Positions 63,657 to 64,000 of a DNA stretch of 64,000 nt are shown here, one piece after another. The DNA lies in assembly GCF_006345805.1 (NCBI RefSeq), contig NC_043009.1, positions 42,780,001 to 42,844,000 on the forward strand. The letters are read 5' to 3'. A program made the translations under genes and the position numbers. The notes below the pieces were generated by a model. The model did no database searches. It was not told where the DNA came from and was given only the letters and a program-made list of their open reading frames with translations. Origin of the DNA: Octopus sinensis. Lineage: Eukaryota. Numbering within the stretch: the first letter of the stretch is position 1; the number at the start of each line of letters is the position of its first letter.

Positions 63657-63801
63657 TACAAATAACAGGACATAACAGGAAAGAAAACTTCGAATGACCC
63701 ATCCTTCTTTTCTTTGTATCTTCTATCTGGATGTTTTGTTGTCCCCTTTTTTGTATCACTTAACTATCTGTATGTTTTGCTTTCTTGTCCATTCTGTATT
63801 T

Positions 63802-63844
<43 letters not shown>

Positions 63845-64000
63845 TTTGTAGAGATACATAACTCCAGGGGAGAAACATGCACTAAGATGTAGAGAAGCTG
63901 ATATTATAATGGGAGCCAGTTTACTGGGTTACCCTGGGTTTCTTGCTCATAAGGAGTTTAGCCTTATGCCACATCTTCAGACCACAAACACTGCTGGCCT

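Overview
Eukaryotic, very AT-rich, repeat-dominated DNA with no intact long coding region. The SINE repertoire and microsatellite density look like an Octopus (coleoid cephalopod) intron or intergenic region. That assignment comes from my recall of these repeat families and was not checked. Nearly all ORFs in the supplied track are microsatellite or repeat artefacts. Supported content: (i) dozens of tRNA-headed SINE copies from at least five families, including four head-to-tail arrays with fixed junctions; (ii) relics of mariner, RTE, Dong/R4-type and Penelope-like (PLE, GIY-YIG) elements plus a piggyBac-type MITE; (iii) hammerhead-ribozyme-like motifs in PLE ends; (iv) many fold-back inverted repeats; (v) a 100-N assembly gap; (vi) scattered candidate exons, the best being a signal-peptide-like first exon at 10267-10317. 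I cannot support a new multi-gene system here. The strongest leads are the apparent self-targeting insertion of one SINE family into its own head, the hammerhead/fold-back PLE ends, and an unrecognised multi-exon secreted-protein model. Repeat boundaries are approximate (about +/-10 bp) unless a TSD or inverted repeat fixes them.
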